64,000 nucleotides of DNA from a virus (taxonomy: Duplodnaviria > Caudoviricetes): the IMG/VR virus record IMGVR_UViG_3300032007_000017. One strand, 5' to 3'. This document shows, piece after piece, positions 60,930 to 64,000 of this stretch. Made by a program: the position numbers and the translations under genes. Under the pieces are notes generated by a model, which was not told the DNA's origin, searched no databases, and saw only the letters and a program-made list of their open reading frames with translations. How positions within the stretch are numbered: position 1 is the stretch's first letter; each line of letters starts with the position of its first letter.

Positions 60930-62228
60930 TTAAGTATAGTACTGAATGATACAAATTCCATCTCCACCTCTATGCCATGGATAAGAAATCCAAGTAGACT
61001 CACTATTTGATCCACCTCCACCTATACCGGCGCTTACCATATATTCTGCTCCGTTTCCATAACTACCTCCACCTCCTAAATATTCATTATTTCCATCTCC
61101 TCCTTTTCCATACCATCCACCTCCACCACCTCCATTATTTCCACCACGCGCTGTTTTTCCATATCCACCACCCCCACCACAATTAAATCCTCCATCTCCA
61201 CCATATCCACCACCTCCGCCTCCACCCCAATAATTATTATATGCATCTCCTCCATTACTTCCATATCCCCCACCGCCTCCACCGCCAAATGCTCCTCCAT
61301 TCCCTCCATTTCCGCCAAATCCACCACCTCCGCCTCCACCGCCTTGATAACTATTTTTACCATTTACTCCACCTCGTCCTCCTTTTCCCCATCCTCTTAA
61401 ATATTCTCCAGTAGCTGGATCTTTATCTACATTAGTCCAAGTAGAGGTATTAGTACCATTATTACCATTTGTAAAAACTCCTTTATAAGAATCACTTCTA
61501 TAATATCCTCCATTCCCTCCATTTCCACATAATCCAGAATTACCCTCAGAACTATTTTGCGTATTAATACATCCACCATATCCTCCTTTATCTCCTTTTT
61601 TTCTATAGATGCTGGCACTACCACCCCCTCCCCCTCCACCACCATAATACCCGCCATTTCCACCATTTGACCATCTATCTTCATCATCTACTGCTCCTCC
61701 CCCTCCACCTCCGCCATAATATCCGCCATCTCCTCCAGTACAATACCTCCATGTTCCTCCACCACCTCCTCCACCATAAGTTCCTCCATTTCCGACATAG
61801 AATCCACTTCCTCCGCTTCCCCCGCCACATTGAAAATTACTTCCACCACAATTTGCTCCCCCACCGCATCCTCCTCCATCTCCACCACCATTTGCTGACA
61901 CATAACTACCAAAGGAAGTAGTTCCTCCAGCTTCAGAACTCATTATTCCGCCTTTACCAACAACTATTTCTATTTCTTGACTAGGAATAACTTCTATTTG
62001 TTGTATATTTACATTTCCTCCATTTCCAGATTTCCATCCATATCCTCCTGTATTATAAGTACCAAAAGCTCCTGCTTGACCTCCTCCGACACATATAACT
62101 GTAATAGTATTATTTTTAATATTTTTTGGAATAATAAAATTAGTATTTCCGAAAAATGATTGTGTGATTAATTCTCCACCGCCACCAGATCCAGAACCAC
62201 CACGTCTAGAAATTACTGCCTCTGACAT
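60930..62228 (-). CDS. Glycine-rich protein, paralogue A2
   Basis: Same termini as the paralogues. Confidence 0.8.
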   Translation of the reverse strand: MSEAVISRRGGSGSGGGGELITQSFFGNTNFIIPKNIKNNTITVICVGGGQAGAFGTYNTGGYGWKSGNGGNVNIQQIEVIPSQEIEIVVGKGGIMSSEAGGTTSFGSYVSANGGGDGGGCGGGANCGGSNFQCGGGSGGSGFYVGNGGTYGGGGGGGTWRYCTGGDGGYYGGGGGGGAVDDEDRWSNGGNGGYYGGGGGGGGSASIYRKKGDKGGYGGCINTQNSSEGNSGLCGNGGNGGYYRSDSYKGVFTNGNNGTNTSTWTNVDKDPATGEYLRGWGKGGRGGVNGKNSYQGGGGGGGGFGGNGGNGGAFGGGGGGGYGSNGGDAYNNYWGGGGGGGYGGDGGFNCGGGGGYGKTARGGNNGGGGGGWYGKGGDGNNEYLGGGGSYGNGAEYMVSAGIGGGGSNSESTWISYPWHRGGDGICIIQYYT

Positions 62229-62367
62229 ATAAAAGTCACTCTCCTTAGAGGAGAGTGACTAATAGCACCCTCCTCGAATTTGTAGTGTTTAACTACACTT
62301 CCGGGGGGGGGGCAAATTGACTAATATGAAGATGAATCATAATTAGATACCCCTTTATTTAAAAGAT

Positions 62368-63594
62368 TTAAGTATAGTATTGGACAATGCAGATACCATT
62401 ACCACCTCTACCAGGATATACTCCAGAAGTAGCATTACAAGCTCCTCCACCAGCTCCTATACCACCATTTTTTCCATTACCAATAGTAGTATAAATTGTT
62501 CCATGACCACCATTTTCATAACCTCCCCCTCCACCTCCATCACTTCCGCCACAACTAAAATATCCTCCGCCACCTCCACATCCGCCTCCTCCACTAGCTC
62601 CTTTTCCATATCCTCCACCTCCACCACTTCCAGATTGTGAAGAATCCCCACTACTACCATTTCCTCCATTTCCTCCATATCCACCACCACCTCCACCAGC
62701 AGGATAAGTTGTAGATGTATATGATCCTCCATCTCCACCATATCCTCCTCCCCCACCATATCCATACCAAGAACTGTTTTTATACCATCCATTTCCTCCA
62801 TTTCCTCCAAACCCTCCTCCACCACCAAATGCATGATTTGCAGTATTTATTACATTGCTTGAATTTCTCATATATCCTCCTCTTCCCCATCCTCTTAAAT
62901 ATTCTCCTGTCTTAGGATCTTTATCTACATTAGTCCAAGTAGAGGTATTAGTACCATCGGTAGCATTAATACTGAGATTTCCTCCATTTCCTCCATAAGT
63001 ACCACCTATTCCTACATTACTACTATACATCCCACATCCTCCACCACCTCCATATGTTCCACCATTCCCACCATTACCATATCCTCCCCCTCCCCCTCCA
63101 TAAGTACCACCATCTCCACCATTTCCATCGCATCCTCCTCCTCCGCCACCCCATATTCCTCCGCCCCCACCATGTGTTCCTCCTCCTCCTCCAAATTGAT
63201 ACCCATACCCACCATTTGACTTACCTCCCCCACCACTACCTCCATTGCCACCAGTTCCAACTGATCCTCCCCCTCCTCCATTAGCACTTAAAAAAGTTCC
63301 AAATGTTGTTGTTCCACCACTACTACCACCATAAGCGTCATGCCCATTTAAACCTCCATTTCCTATAGTAATACTTACAATAGTCCCATTAGCTATATCA
63401 AATTCTCTATTATTCATCCATCCCCCACCTCCCCCACCACGTCGAGCTCCTCCACCTCCACCTCCAAAAATAAATACGCTAATATTTCCTATATGAGATG
63501 GAATAGCATAAAGATTATTTTGCCTAATAATATCAGTGTGCAACTCTTTTCCGCCAGATCCTCCACCACGCCTACTAATTACCGCCTCACTCAT
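62368..63594 (-). CDS. Glycine-rich protein, paralogue B2
   Basis: Same termini; in-frame upstream extension open to 63711. Confidence 0.8.
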   Translation of the reverse strand: MSEAVISRRGGGSGGKELHTDIIRQNNLYAIPSHIGNISVFIFGGGGGGARRGGGGGGWMNNREFDIANGTIVSITIGNGGLNGHDAYGGSSGGTTTFGTFLSANGGGGGSVGTGGNGGSGGGGKSNGGYGYQFGGGGGTHGGGGGIWGGGGGGCDGNGGDGGTYGGGGGGYGNGGNGGTYGGGGGCGMYSSNVGIGGTYGGNGGNLSINATDGTNTSTWTNVDKDPKTGEYLRGWGRGGYMRNSSNVINTANHAFGGGGGFGGNGGNGWYKNSSWYGYGGGGGYGGDGGSYTSTTYPAGGGGGGYGGNGGNGSSGDSSQSGSGGGGGYGKGASGGGGCGGGGGYFSCGGSDGGGGGGYENGGHGTIYTTIGNGKNGGIGAGGGACNATSGVYPGRGGNGICIVQYYT

Positions 63595-64000
63595 ATATTT
63601 CAACGCTCCTTTTCTTGAGGAGGGCGCTGACAAAATTATAAAGAAGTAGCATCCCATGCTACTTCTTTCTTTCTTTCTATATCCATTAGATGATAACAAC
63701 AAGAATGCCACCTCCTTGTCTATATTTATATACCTATATCATTTAAATACCCTTAAAATGCACGATAAAAATCCTATACCATTCTTGGTATAGGATTGTA
63801 ATGTCATATTCAATATAACAAAGATCAGTTATTAGTATTCTTTACATTATTCCTAAATAAAGAATATTAATAAAAATGATTAAAGAGAGAGATTAGAATG
63901 ACATTCATCTTATATCCAAGATAAAATCTCACCCACCTCCTCTCTCCTCCCTAGGTAACTAGAGCGAAAATGCTCTTCTATTATGGGCCTTCCTTAGGGG

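Noticed and set aside
57608-63287. Small alternative-frame ORFs (Val/Glu/Met-rich or His/Pro-rich)
   Set aside because: Frame artefacts of GGT/GGA repeats.
57644-63594. CRISPR array or diversity-generating retroelement in the repetitive region
   Set aside because: The repeats are glycine codons; no regular repeat-spacer pattern, no reverse transcriptase and no adenine-specific template/variable pair seen.
1-64000. tRNA, rRNA or tmRNA genes, inteins, alternative genetic code
   Set aside because: None recognised by eye; genes are full length in the standard code. A tRNAscan/Infernal run would be needed to exclude RNAs formally.

Overview
AT-rich segment of a jumbo phage of the phiKZ/AR9(PBS1)-related type with two multisubunit RNA polymerases. 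The host is probably a Firmicute (inferred from strong AAGGAGG Shine-Dalgarno sites, a LysM-3D protein and a Firmicute-type TnpB). Recognisable genes: tail sheath and tube, portal, the N-terminal half of a split family-B DNA polymerase, SbcC/Rad50, non-virion and virion RNAP subunits, NAD-dependent ligase, RecA/UvsX, an RtcB-PrfH pair, a PhuZ/TubZ tubulin, GyrA, GyrB, a J-domain protein and four tandem glycine-rich paralogues. There are three group I introns: two related ones in the nvRNAP beta-C gene and one in gyrB with a NUMOD4-HNH endonuclease. Top leads: (1) a group I intron whose only cargo is an intact TnpB plus an omegaRNA-like scaffold ending at the 3' exon, with no TnpA, i.e. a candidate RNA-guided homing intron; (2) both RNAP introns fit a register in which the terminal nucleotide is U rather than G; (3) a YY[YHR]PF peptide motif recurring in unrelated DNA-acting proteins; (4) a network of SD-sequestering hairpins, activator strands and G10-11 tracts around the glycine-rich paralogues; (5) ORF-less promoter-to-hairpin units, three of them mutually complementary. 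All calls come from reading motifs and pairings by eye; no searches or folding programs were run.
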